DNA of 63,804 bases, counting the filler, from Reticulomyxa filosa (Eukaryota > Protista > Foraminifera): assembly GCA_000512085.1 (NCBI GenBank). It is 22 parts of 22 records of this genome, joined end to end, with 100 filler letters (N's around TTAATTAATTAA, not from the genome) between each part and the next. Parts side by side here need not be neighbours in the genome. Positions count along the whole stretch, not along the records: positions 11,920 to 19,270 come from ASPP01047384.1; positions 19,371 to 20,465 come from ASPP01005899.1; positions 20,566 to 22,118 come from ASPP01010426.1; positions 22,219 to 23,727 come from ASPP01022214.1; positions 23,828 to 24,960 come from ASPP01039489.1; positions 25,061 to 32,261 come from ASPP01026293.1; 16 more parts are not named here. One strand, written 5' to 3'. Under the pieces are notes generated by a model, which had not been told where the DNA came from, searched no databases, and was given only the letters and a program-made list of their open reading frames with translations. Each line of letters starts with the position of its first letter. Position 1 is the first letter of the stretch. Both the position numbers and the translations under genes were made by a program. Below are positions 12,750-26,494 of this stretch, in pieces.

Positions 12750-15700
12750 TATATATGTTTTTTTGTTTTGGTTTGTTTGTTAACAAATATGGACTAGAAA
12801 TTCAACAAACAATTACGTTTAATTGAAGAGAGTTATGACAAACTAATGAACGCAGCACATTCAACAGCACAAGGACTATACGATTCTCAAATGCTAAATT
12901 TAGAGACTGCCTATAACAAATTTTTTGCCTACAAATGCATGGATAGCGATCTGGAAGAGATAAAAAAAAAAGCAAGAGAATTGTCAGACGAAAAAATCAA
13001 TAATTTTTTTTTGAATAATTCCCCATTTTCGAAAATAGATTTTGACAATGGCGTCAAAGTCCTAACACAATGTGATGCAAACATGCAATGGGATCCAAAC
13101 GAAATATCTTGTCATCCACATTGGAACAATTATATTGAAAAGCTAGATCATGCTATTAAGAGATTGTACAATGAATACAAGGAACAGTCTCATCAAGTTC
13201 GAGAATCGGTAAATCAGCAATTCAAAATGGAAAGAAGAAAAAAAAAAGAGCAACCACAAATACCGGAATTTTACTGGGCGGCTTTAAAACACCGAAAAAG
13301 CGAACTGCAACTGATGGAAGAAGAAGACAGACAAGAAATTGAAAACAGAATCGCTGGCTATGACTACACGCCATTCCAAATAGAATTCATAGCAAGATTT
13401 GGTCAGACTTATATAAGATTCAAACAGGTGTTCTATAAGATTAAGCAAATCAAATCTGTCTCAACTCAAGAAGCAGAATTGAAGGATAAGTATATTAACA
13501 ATCGATCAAAGCAAGAGTTGGAATTGAACAAAACATTTTTGCAAAAATTGGACGAAAGAATGGACAATGGTAATTCATTGTCGTGTGTTATAGAGACGCA
13601 TCATAACAACGAATTGAAAGGAAGTATCGAAATAAGACTAAAACCAATTCAACACTTGACATTTTCATCTGGTGATTTCACTACATCATATTCGGACTCA
13701 AATAATTTGGAGTTGAAGCAAGCGATGCAAGCAGGCAATGAAATTGACATTTGTGGAAATGAGCAGTTGGTATTCGCATATGGATTAGCCAACAATAAAA
13801 TTGTGCTGGTTCTTTCCATTGATAATAATGTATCCGATTCCTTATCGGTGCATGAGGAAAGCAGCAAAGAGGGAAAAGACAAATACTGCGATGATGACAA
13901 ACATGCAAGCAAACAAAATTTATGGAGTGAACAATACAATCAAAATTGCATCACCAAAATTTTCTTCTCCTCAAGACAAATGCTAAATAAAAAGAACGCA
14001 GTCAAAGAATTGCAAGGCAAAATAACATTGGCTGCTTTGAGTGAGCAACAACAGCTCATGGTATTGTACGAACGTGCAAGACAACTCATTCACGTATACA
14101 AATGGAATGAACGAATTACAGACTCTTTGCCACAATCCATTTTTGGATTATTTTTGAAAGACCCTTTGCCATTATACAAAACCATCAATTTGCGTGAACG
14201 AGTATCGCCCGATGGCTTTTATGTTACAAGCATGTGTTTCGATAGCAAAGATGACAATTTGTATATTCTCGATAATGCAAACACGATTCATTGTATTGCT
14301 TTGGACACTGGCCTGTTCAATCATGAACGAGAAATGGGTTGTAAAGAACAATATTCTAAAATGTTGATGCCATTAAAAGGGGGATATATTGAACAAGAAA
14401 AAGAAGAAGAAGAAGAAGAAGAAGAAGAAGAAGAAATAAAAGAAGAAATAATAAAAAAAGAAGAAAAAAGCTACATCAAATGCAATGCAATCCAATCAAA
14501 ATTTCAAACCGAAAAAAAAAAGATACAAAAACCAATTACTGATACTACAATCATCCCTCTAATGAAGCGCACATCAACTGGCTTGGTGCAATGTGATTTG
14601 TATGCACTCAATGACTCCAAAGGACTTGTATGTAGTCTAGTATTGCCAAAGGAATTCACATCAAGTGGTATAAGCAATATTCAATTCAAAGTAATACTTG
14701 GACAACAAATTCATCTCGTCTCTTTGGATAATCGATTTATTCTCCATTGTTTGCCATTGCACGTGTCGTTGAAAAAATTCCAATTACATTTCAAACTAAC
14801 ATCCACAAACGAAGGGATGCAAACAAAAAAACCAAGCAAATTGGATTATATCGAATACAGTTTGGACAAGTTTGGATCCAAGCCAGAGTTTTATTCACAA
14901 TCCAAATTGACCTTTCATTTGTCCGTTCTCTTGGATGCCGGTAAAGACAAGTCTTTATCATCATCATCATCATTCTCATGGACATCGATTACACAGGCAT
15001 CCGAATTGGTATTGCATGCATGCGACAAGGTCAAGCAAGACACCAAAAAAATATTCACGCATTTGGATTGGCAATGTGAATCCATTGTAATCGATGCCAC
15101 AAACAAGCAAACATATCTGAAAGATGTTTTGAAATTGGTGAAAAATCATAGTCCTTCCAAAAGTGGAGCTGATTTCATAAGACAATTGATTATGCAGTTT
15201 CCAATGCAAATTGCTAGAGCCTCTAGTGGTGAATTTGCATTATTTCACAATGGTGAAAATGATCCAGCACATTATGCACATTGCACAACAAACGGCAGTT
15301 TTGTTGAATGTATTCAATTTGGAGGCTATGATGCACTAATCAACTCGTGGCCAGGAAAGATTCGAGTGGTAAGTAGCATGGGAAAACAATCCACTGGCAA
15401 GTCTTATATGCTGAATCATTTGCTTGGATGCAAATTCGATATTTCAGGTGCTCGTCGCACAGATGGAGTTTGGATCACTGCAAGGATTGTTGGAGATATT
15501 TTATACGTCATTTTAAACTTTGAAGGATTAGGGTCATTTGAACGGTCTCCTCAAGAAGATGCTCTTTTATCTGTATTCAATGCATCCATTTCGAATTGTA
15601 CCATATTCAAATGTGAAAATCGTTTTGATCAAGATATTGCCAAAATGTTTGAGAGATTCCAAAATGGAGTCCAGTTTTTACGTGATGACAATGACAAATT

Positions 15701-18700
15701 GTTCAAAGGTCGTTTGCTTATTGTTATCAAAGACATTCTTCCAGCAGACACCAAACAAGTCATTTCTGAATTTTCTAAAAAAATTGCATCCTTTTGCCAG
15801 GATTGCACAGACAAAAATGGAGAGTCAGAGTCATTTGTAATGCAAATGTACAAAGACCCAACAAACATTTATATTGAACCTTATCCTCCATTGATGCACG
15901 ATTCATTTTTCAAAAAATTTTCGGTCTTGCGAAGATCGATTGAAGACTTGCCAATAACCCATGGTGATGGTGGTATTCCTTTCTTGAGACGTATGAAAGC
16001 AATTATGGCAAAGCTAGCAATGAAAGATTGGAACTCGAATTTAAGTGAACAAATTTTGGAGTCGGCAGTGGAGATGGTGCAACAATATACAGAAAGTGTA
16101 ATCAGCTTTGGAACTTTGACCATCTCCGAAACATTTGAATCATTGGAACGCTTTGATGTCAATGCAGATATGGAAGTAATGGGTTTAACAAAGAAAGAAA
16201 AAATTATCGTACAAAATTCAGATGTGACCGACTCTCTTTTGCAAAAATTGGAGCATATTTGCTCTCAAAACAATGAGCAGTTAAAAGAAATAGCGACTGA
16301 ACAAATCAACCAATTAAAAAAATGGAAACAAGGTTTTGAAAAGATATTGGATAATATTCCAAATGGTGGATTGAATTTAGCCCATGATAATATTTTGAAA
16401 TTTTTGCACAGAGAATTTGTGAGACAAATACCCGAATGTAAACGAAGTCATTCCACTCACAGACAATGGTTTATTGCATTTCAATTGCTTTTGAAATCGA
16501 TTTGTTTGAGACGAGAATTGATCTTAGAGAAATGGATTGCCAATGAATTGAATGGACTCGGATTTCAAACATTACGAGGGAATACTAATGTGCAAGAACA
16601 AAAGATTGACACAACCGACAAACGTGCAAGACATAGTGAAAATGAAGTAGTGTCCAAATTTGTCAATCCATTTATCAACAATGTACTTAATCAATTACAG
16701 CCAATGGAGAATGTGCTTATGCTGTGTGGGGCCAAATGTAGACATTGTCATTTTTCATGTTTGTTGCCGCAATCTCATCAGCAAAGTACTAGTGAAGCTG
16801 GGCACGATTGTATGGGGTCACATCAATGTGATCAAGTGTGTAGCCATTGTGAACGAAGCGGATTGGAAACCAAAGAAGAGAGTTTACCGTGTCAATTGCA
16901 AGCAGGCCATGAATCTTTTCATGATTGTTATGTGAAAAATCATACGTGTGGTAAGAATTGCTCATTGAAAAAATATGGCAATTGCTATGAAAATTGTGGC
17001 TTGGAATTTGGTCACAGCAGCGAAACAGCTTGCATGTGCAATAGTCCTATCCACTATTGCAATGAAAACTGTTCTTTGTCTGGATGTCCAAATAAATGTG
17101 AAATTGATTATGCCAAAGAACATGCGAGACATGAATGTTTTGAAAAGAGATGCACAAAACGTTGTGAAATGTCTGGATGCGGTACTTTGTGTATACGTGT
17201 TTTTTTTTTAAAAAAAAAACGTATACACAAATACTTGCACATTTTTTTTTTTTTTTTTTGCATTAAATAAAAATTTTTAAAAAAAAAAAAATTAATTTAC
17301 AATGTAGATGCAGCATGTGATTGCAATGGCGGTCATTTCCATGACATGGAAATGAACAACCCAAAAAAAATTGAGTATGGAACAGTTCCCTTTCATAGCT
17401 GTGGCTCAGAGAGACATCAATGTTTGTATGAATGTAAAGAACGTGGAAATTGCAAAGTCGAGTACAAACGTGTAATAAATGAAACAAAGATTTTTAATCC
17501 AAAGACTGTCGGCGCCAAACCGTTTGAATATATTTCGTATATTGCCGCCAATGGTAAGAAGTACAATTGCAGTCAACTATTGCCCAAATATAAGGAAGTG
17601 CACGATGGAACACACAAGTGCACGGAGACTGTGCATACGTGTCAAAGTACTTGTCGAGCTTGTGGCTATTATTGCACTAAGCCATTTGGACACAATGGCA
17701 GACATCACACGGAACATGGAAATATGTTGCATTCCACATTCATGGTCGAAGATGATAAGTCGGTGGAATTCTATGAAAAAAATGATCGAGATATCGTTCG
17801 TGTGTATACCACTGGAGATACTGCAGAGGCTGAAATTTGTGATTTCTTTTGTGAAAAAATGGGACGAGGCCATTTCCATTTGATCAAATGTAACCGACAT
17901 TTGAACGAAAGCTGCAATATTATGAAAACCACAAATAACGAAACTTACTATATTCGAACACATGCAAATCCTGATGAATGCGGAGGAAGAAACGATTTGG
18001 ACAAAGTCACTCACAAATACTACTGGGAAACGTATTTGAAATTTGAGGATCCTTGTAAACTTCCATCCCAAAAACAATTTGAGAGATGCAACCATTTTTG
18101 TTCTCATCCCAGTCACGAACAAAGCAAAGATGAACGTGGTAAGGTTAGGAGGTCTTACTGTACGGAAAGATTATGGCATTATATTGCCAAAAAAAGACAA
18201 AAGCGCTTCGCCAATACTAATATTATAGACGGTCATGTCTTCTCATGCTCTCATCCTTCTGGCATCTATCACATGTTATGTGAATTTTTTTTTTAAAGGG
18301 AATACGCCAAAAAAAAAAAAAAATGCGTTTTGTTTACAAACATTTATCAAAAAAAGAATTTTTGCCATCGATGTCAGCGGGAGTATGAAAAATTCTGATG
18401 TTAAGCCCAAAAGAAAAGAAACGCAGGATTACAAATCTACTCTTAATGCAGATGGTCTTAACAACAGATTGGGTGCGGTGTATGATGCCAGTTGAATATT
18501 TAAAACAGCTTTTTGCTTAAATTGTTTGTGGTGAAAAAAATGTGTAAATAACACAAATAAAATAGTTCACTCTTTTATTCAACAACGATGGCGAACAGGA
18601 TGCAGAGACAAAGGGACAATCATATTTTATGATAATACAGCCAAAATTATTAAAGAAGACATAGCATTCCATCCTGATACAGTTCATACCATTCTTTATC

Positions 18701-19044
18701 CTGCTAGTGTGCCATGGGGAAATACATCGTTTGTTACTGCCATTCGTTGCGTCTACGATGTTGTGAAACGAAATGCATCAAAACCTATTGTCCTTATTTT
18801 TTTGACTGATGGTGAAGATGAAGATAATGGAGCTTCTGAACTCTTGGCAGAAATCAAAGCATTTTGTTCCAATGGGTTTCATTTCTTCCCTTGTATTTTC
18901 TGCACAAGTCAGAGCCCTACTTTAAATAAAATGGCAAGCACAGTTGGTGCAACAGTAAAAGATAATTTGGATGCAAATGGTTTGGAAACTCATTTTGTTG
19001 CGATTGCGAAGAAACTTACTAACATTTCATTTACTCAAGACTAA
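11921..19044 (+). CDS. Giant (>=~2,250 aa, probably 5'-truncated) protein: helical/acidic N-region, VLIG/GB1-RHD3-type P-loop GTPase, Cys/His-rich repeats, C-terminal vWA domain
   Basis: In-phase GT-AG introns at 12707-12797, ~17197-17307, 18275-18356 and 18491-18565 join five exons. G1 is GKQSTGKS (15381-15404), G2 lies in RRTDGVW, G3 is NFEG. Many CxxxC/GH/HxC units at ~16720-18250. vWA MIDAS: IFAIDVSGSM, GNTSF, IFLTDGED. Confidence 0.88.
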
Positions 19045-19462
19045 TGTAGAGAACCTGGAGCGAAAAAGCACGTTTTAAGAAAGTAAGAATGCGTTTTTGG
19101 AACTTAAATTAAAACGAAAACAACTTTGTATATTTGGAGTCATACTGACTCCATTGTGACGTAAGCAGTCTCACTACACTAAGACTTACATTTTGGTGCA
19201 AATGATTAATTCCCTCTATTGTTAAATGCAGTTGTCATATTTTCATTGGACAAACTGCGTGTTTAAACAANNNNNNNNNNNNNNNNNNNNNNNNNNNNNN
19301 NNNNNNNNNNNNNNTTAATTAATTAANNNNNNNNNNNNNNNNNNNNNNNNNNNNNNNNNNNNNNNNNNNNTATGTATATATATATATGTATATGTATATA
19401 TGCATATATTTATTTATTTATTCATTGTTATTACTAATTAAAAAAAAAAAAAAAAATTAAGA

Positions 19463-20465
19463 TTGCTAGCGTCATTATTACAAAAATATACTCACAACAA
19501 ACATTGGACGATAATCCCCAACGGATTGATCTCATTTCATCAATTCAAAGAGCTAATCGTGGAGTCGTTTGAAATCACCAAGTATCCAGGGTACGTACTT
19601 GAACACATGTTCCGCTACTTGCATACGACGGACGAGTTGCCATCGCAATTGCCTCCGCCGCCGTTTTCCGTCCGCGAAGCCAATGAAAATATCGGCGGCA
19701 TGTACATTTCGTATTCCGAACTGCTTCGCTACCAATACTTTGACTTTGAAGAGAAGTTGAAAAGTCATCCCCAACTCGTCCAACGCTTTGACCAGGTCAT
19801 CAAGCAAATGGTCTTCAATACCTTGGAATGCGTGTCTCACATTTTGAAGTTTGACCAAGTCGTGGACCAAACGCCTTATTCCGTCCACTCTGTGCTCACT
19901 CCTCCTCCTCCTCTCCCTTCTCTCCCTCCTCTCCCTCCTCTCCCTCCTCTTCCACGAGATCAGTACTCGCAAGATGCCGTCGACATGCTTGCCACGCAAC
20001 GCCATCGCGACACGAGCTCTCGTCTCAGTACCAACTTTGACAAGGGATACCACGTCACAACCATGCAAACACCGACCGCCATGGAACACATCTTGGCGCA
20101 GTTTGAAAACGTGACCCCTCTGGAGCAGTTTAATGTCGATCATAATAATAAGAACAATGACGATGATGATAAGGACAATGACAATGATGATAATGACAAT
20201 GATAATGATAATGATAATGACAATGATAATAATAATAATAATAATAACGGGAATGAGAATGATACACATCAAGTACCTCATAACAGCCATGTAAATGACT
20301 CCAAAGAAGAAAATGAACCCTTTCAAACTCCAAACAAAAAGCATGACAGTGTATCGTCGAAGGAGAACAGCACCAACCGAGGTCAATCTTTTAAATGTGT
20401 TCATTTTTCCATGACGAGTGAATACCCTCACAACAAAAAATTGGCCCATTTGTGTGTGTGTGTGT
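19463..20465 (+). CDS. Hypothetical protein fragment with Pro-rich and Asn/Asp-rich tracts
   Basis: Open frame of ~335 aa with higher GC than its flanks. Weak EF-hand-like segments (GLISFHQF, YISYSEL). Confidence 0.6.
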
Positions 20466-20627
20466 NNNNNNNNNNNNNNNNNNNNNNNNNNNNNNNNNNN
20501 NNNNNNNNNTTAATTAATTAANNNNNNNNNNNNNNNNNNNNNNNNNNNNNNNNNNNNNNNNNNNNAAAAAAAAAAAAAAAAGGGGGTTAAAAAAAAAAAA
20601 AAAAAAAAATTCTTTTTTTTGGTTAGG

Positions 20628-21432
20628 GAAAACAGACACAAACGACAAGGAGACAAAACTGAGCCCAGTGAAAGAGGACGAAGAAATGAAAAGTGGGGAT
20701 GTCGATTTGTCGGCGATAACGTGGGCGTCGTTTATGCCAAAGATACATTACAAACCATTAGATACAACCTTTCCTTGGCTCACTACGTCCTTGAATGGCA
20801 ATGATGATTGCGATCCCAAATCCCAAAATAAGAGCAAAAAGCAACATGTGATTAATAATAATAATAATAACAATAACAATAATAATAATAATAATAATAA
20901 TAATTGCAATAATACAAGTGTTTGGAAATTATTTTTAAGTAACAATCATACGTTTATTGCTAATCGATTAAAGCTGATCCCTCATATTGTCAAGTCTCCT
21001 TGGTACTTGCCGATCCCCAACAAACCGGTTTTGCTGGGCAAGTACTCCCCGTCACATACGTATCGCGGCGACAATTATCTCGAAGTTGACATTGAAGCTG
21101 ATTCCACCAAACTGGCTCAAAAAGTGGTCAAAGGGGCGCACAGCGTCAGCAAACAACTCGTCGTCGATATCGTCTGGGTCATTGAAGGATCCAAACCCGA
21201 TGAGCTACCCGAACGATGTTTGGGTGGGGTCACTCTCTTTAATGTGGATGCTACCAAAGTCACGCCTTTGGTCAAGTGTCAGACCAATGGTCATAACGCT
21301 ACATCTCAGGACGATGCTCATGACCTTGATACCGACACGGATATAGACACAGATGATAATGATGATGATGAAAATGATAATGCAACTAACACTCAAGAGG
21401 GCGCTCACGAGGAAATCATGTCCATTGATTAA
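20628..21432 (+). CDS. EDR2 C-terminal (DUF1336) domain protein, last exon
   Basis: RLKLIPHIVKSPW, KPVLLGK, RGDNYLEVDI, LVVDIVWVIEG..DELPERCLGGV are characteristic DUF1336 motifs. Confidence 0.85.
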
Positions 21433-22995
21433 ACCATACTTTCCTCTTTTTAAATATTATGCGTACATACATGCATACATAGTAATTATTACATAGATAT
21501 GTCAAAAGGCTACAAAGTGACGAAAATCCATGGTTTTGGGTGTTGGAGAAATTTTTAAAAAAAAAAAAAAAAAAAAATTGATTTGACTGTTTTGTTTTGT
21601 TGCATTTTGTTTTGTTTTGGTTGTTCAAAAGTTAAATCCTCTAATGCAGTTTGAACTTTTGTACCTACAAATTTTTATTTTAGAAAAATAGCCAACTCTA
21701 TCGTAGTTCCTTAGGGATTTTGCGTCTGATTTCGAAACTGAACACATGAACTTACTCTTTTCCCTAACTCTCTTGGAAAAGAAAAAAACATTTGTTGCTT
21801 GTTACTACATTTAAATACCATTTGGACCCGTCGAATTATTCTTGTTGTTAGAGTGTGATGTCTTTTTTTGTGTGTGAACACTACAAGCTGGTTGCAAGTT
21901 GTTTTTTTTTTCCCGTTGTATTATTTTCACTTGCATGCACTTTTAACATTTTTTTCAATGACACATGCTTAAACTACGACTTGAACTACAATTGTGAAAG
22001 TACTTATGTAAAAAAAAAGGTGAGTTCACTTGTAAAAATTCTCCTTTGTGCAATCAAAAGCAAAGAGTAGAGTAACATGAACAGGAACCCTAGAAGTCAA
22101 CATTTGAAGCGCATCAATNNNNNNNNNNNNNNNNNNNNNNNNNNNNNNNNNNNNNNNNNNNNTTAATTAATTAANNNNNNNNNNNNNNNNNNNNNNNNNN
22201 NNNNNNNNNNNNNNNNNNAAAAAATCTCCTCCTTCATCAAGTGTAATAAATGAAAATGAAAACAAATCAAGAGTGTTAATGTGGAAAAGGTCAGCATTCG
22301 ACGTTGCAAAAAAGTGAAAAGAAAACAGTACCCTTTTCTACGTTGATGGTATTAATCTCTTATTCTAATTCTGGTAAGAGATTTGCGATTGTTGGGAATA
22401 AAAAAAAGAAAATAAAAATCTCTAGAACAATCAGTATAATTTTTTTTTTACAAAAACAAACTCATATCATCCTATTTGAGGTCACTGATTTAACAAACCT
22501 TTCTCATACTAATAATTGCCATTTTCATGTAATATATCTCTTTTGTTTGTGAAAATGTGAACTCAAAACACCCCGTTTCTCTTTACTTCCTTATGCCGAC
22601 AGATCTTTTGGGGATTACAAAAGACTATCAGAACATTACTTTTGTTCTCTTTTCTTAGTTTATTCACACTGTTTATTATCCATTTTTTCTAGTTTTTTCG
22701 TCTTTCTCTTCGATTGCATAAGCTTGAACATGATAGTTAATCAAATAAATTAATTCGAAATCTTAACAAAAATTTTTCATCTATTGTTTTAACAATCAAA
22801 ATTAAAAACGAATGTAACATTTCATTCATCAATAAGACAATTAATTAAAACTCCAACTATACAATAATTTGAATAAATTAACACCACAAAAAGAAAGATT
22901 TGGTGTTTCATTAAAAAAAAAAGATTCAATTTCAAGAAACAGGAGATAACAAAGGAATCACTTGAGAGTGAAACATGTGGGGATCAAAATAAAAT

Positions 22996-23727
22996 CTAAC
23001 CCATTCTTGATTTATCTCTGTAACATTTTGAATAAGTTTGAGAAATTTGTATTGAATACAATTGATGAAATTGGTCTCGCTCAGTTAAATTAGAATATAA
23101 TTGAAAATAAATTTGATTGGCTGGTTCATCATGACTATAAAATACTTCATTTTGAATAGCATTAATCTTTGCTTTTGCAACAAGAGTTTGCATCATTGCC
23201 ATTTTCATTATACATTTTTTCATATTTTATTCAATTGAGGATGATTATGAATTTGTGTTGTCGCATTTGATACATTTAATGTATTTTCACCTTTTATTTT
23301 GCTTGCACTTCCACTCATTATACTTTGATTGCTATTCTTTTCTTCATCAATGACAGTATTGTAATCAGTTTTATTGAAAACAAAACTTTTACATTCTTGA
23401 TTACGAAACCATTCATAAACAGCATTACCCAATAAGTTGTTAATTGAACTTGCATTCTTTTATACCTTTTTCATATACTTGTTTGAATGTTGTATCTCTT
23501 GGTAATCGCATCTGATTTGTTCCTTCCTGTCTTAATCCGATACATATTTCAAATAACAAAAATATTCGAAATGTCAAAAATGATGAAAGATCCCATCCTT
23601 TATTACATTTTTTTTCAATTGAGTTTTCTACATTCATGGATATGACATTTCAACCAGCAGCCCAATATAATAAATTATTTTTAATTAATATTTCTTTTAA
23701 TTGTTTCTGACCCACTCCCAACAAGAA
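22996..23727 (-). pseudogene. Fragmented reading frame, unknown family
   Basis: Three consecutive short same-strand ORFs (23440..23637, 23220..23432, 22996..23223) separated by frameshifts/stops, with no room for introns. Confidence 0.4.
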
Positions 23728-25087
23728 NNNNNNNNNNNNNNNNNNNNNNNNNNNNNNNNNNNNNNNNNNNNTTAATTAATTAANNNNNNNNNNNNNNNNN
23801 NNNNNNNNNNNNNNNNNNNNNNNNNNNATCGCAAAATTTTCAAAAGTCTTTTGAAAAAATGTTGATTTCATCAAACAAAAAAAAAATTTATTAAAAAATC
23901 AATATCATATTTAAAAACTACAAGACTTGTAGATATTTTTTAAAAAAAAATTAGGCCTAAATGTTGATTTTTCATTTAGAAAATCAATTATCATCATAAG
24001 ATATGTTTTATGTGTTCAGTTTTCTTTGCAACCTACTGTATATCGGATCATGTCCATCATGCGCTATCATGTTTTAATAGTTTTTCTTTGCAGTATATTT
24101 CGCTTATGTTTTTGGAATTTATGACTTGTAGTACTATTAAGTGTGAAAAAAGTGGGGTCTAATCACGAGCAAGCTAGTAACAAACAACAAACTACGAATA
24201 GGTGATGAAACAGTGTCATTGTTAGAAGAAAGAGCACGACAGAGACGAGTCAGACAGCACAACAGCCGATTTTGTGCTTGCAATTATTTATCCAGGTGGT
24301 ATGAAATTATTGCTTGGAGATGTTTCTATGTTTTCAACGCACCCAGTGACCATCTTTTTCATTGTGCCACTTATACTGTTGGAAATCGTTTGTTTCCAAT
24401 TTGAACAAACCGAACAAGTTTAGTTTAATTATATTCAGATTGTTCGTTACTTTTTTCTTCATTTATTAGTTTGAAAGTATTGTATTTTTTCACTCCCTTT
24501 GGGCCCTATCAAAAAAAAAGATTGCAGAGTGTATATACATCGAAGGATTTCGGATAGTCTATTTACTTGTTCTTGAAATTCTTTCATCCATCGGGTTTGG
24601 TATGTACAATTTTTTTGTCATATACACCTTACATACGAATAGAAAAAGATTTGAGTTTAATATTTAATAACACACAAAAATTGACTGTCACATTCAATTA
24701 CACATTTTCATATCAACTTCATTAAAAAAAAACAACCCTTTTTTTTAATTATTAAATTTTTATTTACTTGAATCCTTCGCCGTTTTCAAGGATGCAAAGT
24801 TGATCGCAGTTGCAAAAAACACAACTCGATTTTTTTTTTCACTTGTTATCATCTGCGACTTTGCTTGTTCTTTTGATGTTTTATTTTATGCCCAAAAATC
24901 GTATTTAATTGTTCTGCCTGTTAGGTGTGCACGTTGTAAATTTAACGCTTTGTACTGCGTNNNNNNNNNNNNNNNNNNNNNNNNNNNNNNNNNNNNNNNN
25001 NNNNTTAATTAATTAANNNNNNNNNNNNNNNNNNNNNNNNNNNNNNNNNNNNNNNNNNNNAAAAAAAAAAAAAAAAAAAAAAAGACC

Positions 25088-26255
25088 ATGTCCGGATCGG
25101 ATCTGGACGGAGATCTGTTCTGGATCACATGGGACAAAAGATTACTCCAACATTTTCCAAAGGTAAACGAACAGCCGTTGTTGTTTCCTGACCCAGTGCC
25201 AAAGGAAGTGCCAACGGTTACCATTGATCACTTGCAACAGTTTTTCGTCAATTATCTCCAGTTTGACAACTTAGGTGTGTGCATGTGCATTAACAACCAC
25301 TTGAGATTTATATATTTATATAAATATATATATGTATATAACAAAAAAACAGAGTCACTAAAGAAGGAGTTGCTCTTTTTTTATGCATTGTTGTGTAAAT
25401 GTATACGTATGTGTATGGACGGAAATGACAACAGGCGCCACGGGGCATGCGCATTTGGCACAAGCAGATCAACAAAGTGACATGGCCAAACACAGTTCAT
25501 GTTTAAGATTGGCAGCGTTGCATTCATTGGCGGTGGATTACCGCAAGTCGGGCGTGCCCGTGGATTTGAGACAATGTGCACAACGCTCGAAAGAGCTACT
25601 GCCCAGGGCCTATCCTGACTTTATGCAACGAAGGGATAAAGATACATACACCTCGGACCGGGTCTTGGGTAAAATTTATCGGCTGTACCGAGACTTTGGT
25701 AAAAATAATCTCTTTGGAAATAATTCTGTAAAGATATTTTTGAACAAACCTCCAAAAGAACGTCCGCCATTAAAGCAGCTCATGAATAAAGCAAATATCC
25801 CATTGCCATTGCAATCCTTTTTTTCAGAGTGGTCTCGCCAACGCAAAGAGGATAAAAACTTTGTCGAGCGTATTGTCAAACCTGTGTCGCAGTTGATTCG
25901 GAGCTATCAAAGGGAAATGGAGTCCATCCAAAATCGCTTTAGTGTGCAAAATGAAATTCAACTATTTATGAATCTCGTTGACAAAAAGAAAAACAAAACA
26001 AAGGAAAAAATGCACTTCCAAACAAATTCTTTGAAGTGGAAGTACAGACGCATTTTCTTTGAAGATTTTGGAGGCAGTGGCTTGGCCGACAATGAGTTTC
26101 GGCACAAGTTTACCCCAAAAAATTTTAACATTACGGAGGAGATGAAGAAAAAGGCGTCCTGTTGGTATTGGGTGAGTTTGTACACCCTTCGCAAGGACAC
26201 TGAGATTGCATTGGGTTTTCCATTTGTCGTATACGACATTTTATGTGCAAAATAA
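25088..26255 (+). CDS. Cellular RNA-dependent RNA polymerase (RNAi RDR/QDE-1 family), C-terminal part
   Basis: Catalytic SGSDLDGDLFWITWD. Intron 25275-25434. Downstream motifs AHLAQAD, CLRLAALHSLAVDY.KSG, YPDFM, S.RVLGKIYR. Confidence 0.95.
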
Positions 26256-26494
26256 ATTGTTTGTAATTTCAAAATAAATTTTGGAAGCCCAAATTTGTTA
26301 AAATTAGATTACTTAGTTTTTTCAATGTGTATTGGAATTGACAAAATATTTACAATGGATTTTTAAAAAAAATTAAAAAAATGAGAACAAGCTGTGCAAG
26401 AGTAGACGCAAAAAAACCTGCAAAATAATAATAATAATAATAATAATAATAATTTTTCAAAGATTACACATCCTCCCTTTTAAAAAAAAGAAGA

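Noticed and set aside
19463-21432. Contigs 8 and 9 as a single gene
   Set aside because: Adjacency across a linker carries no information.
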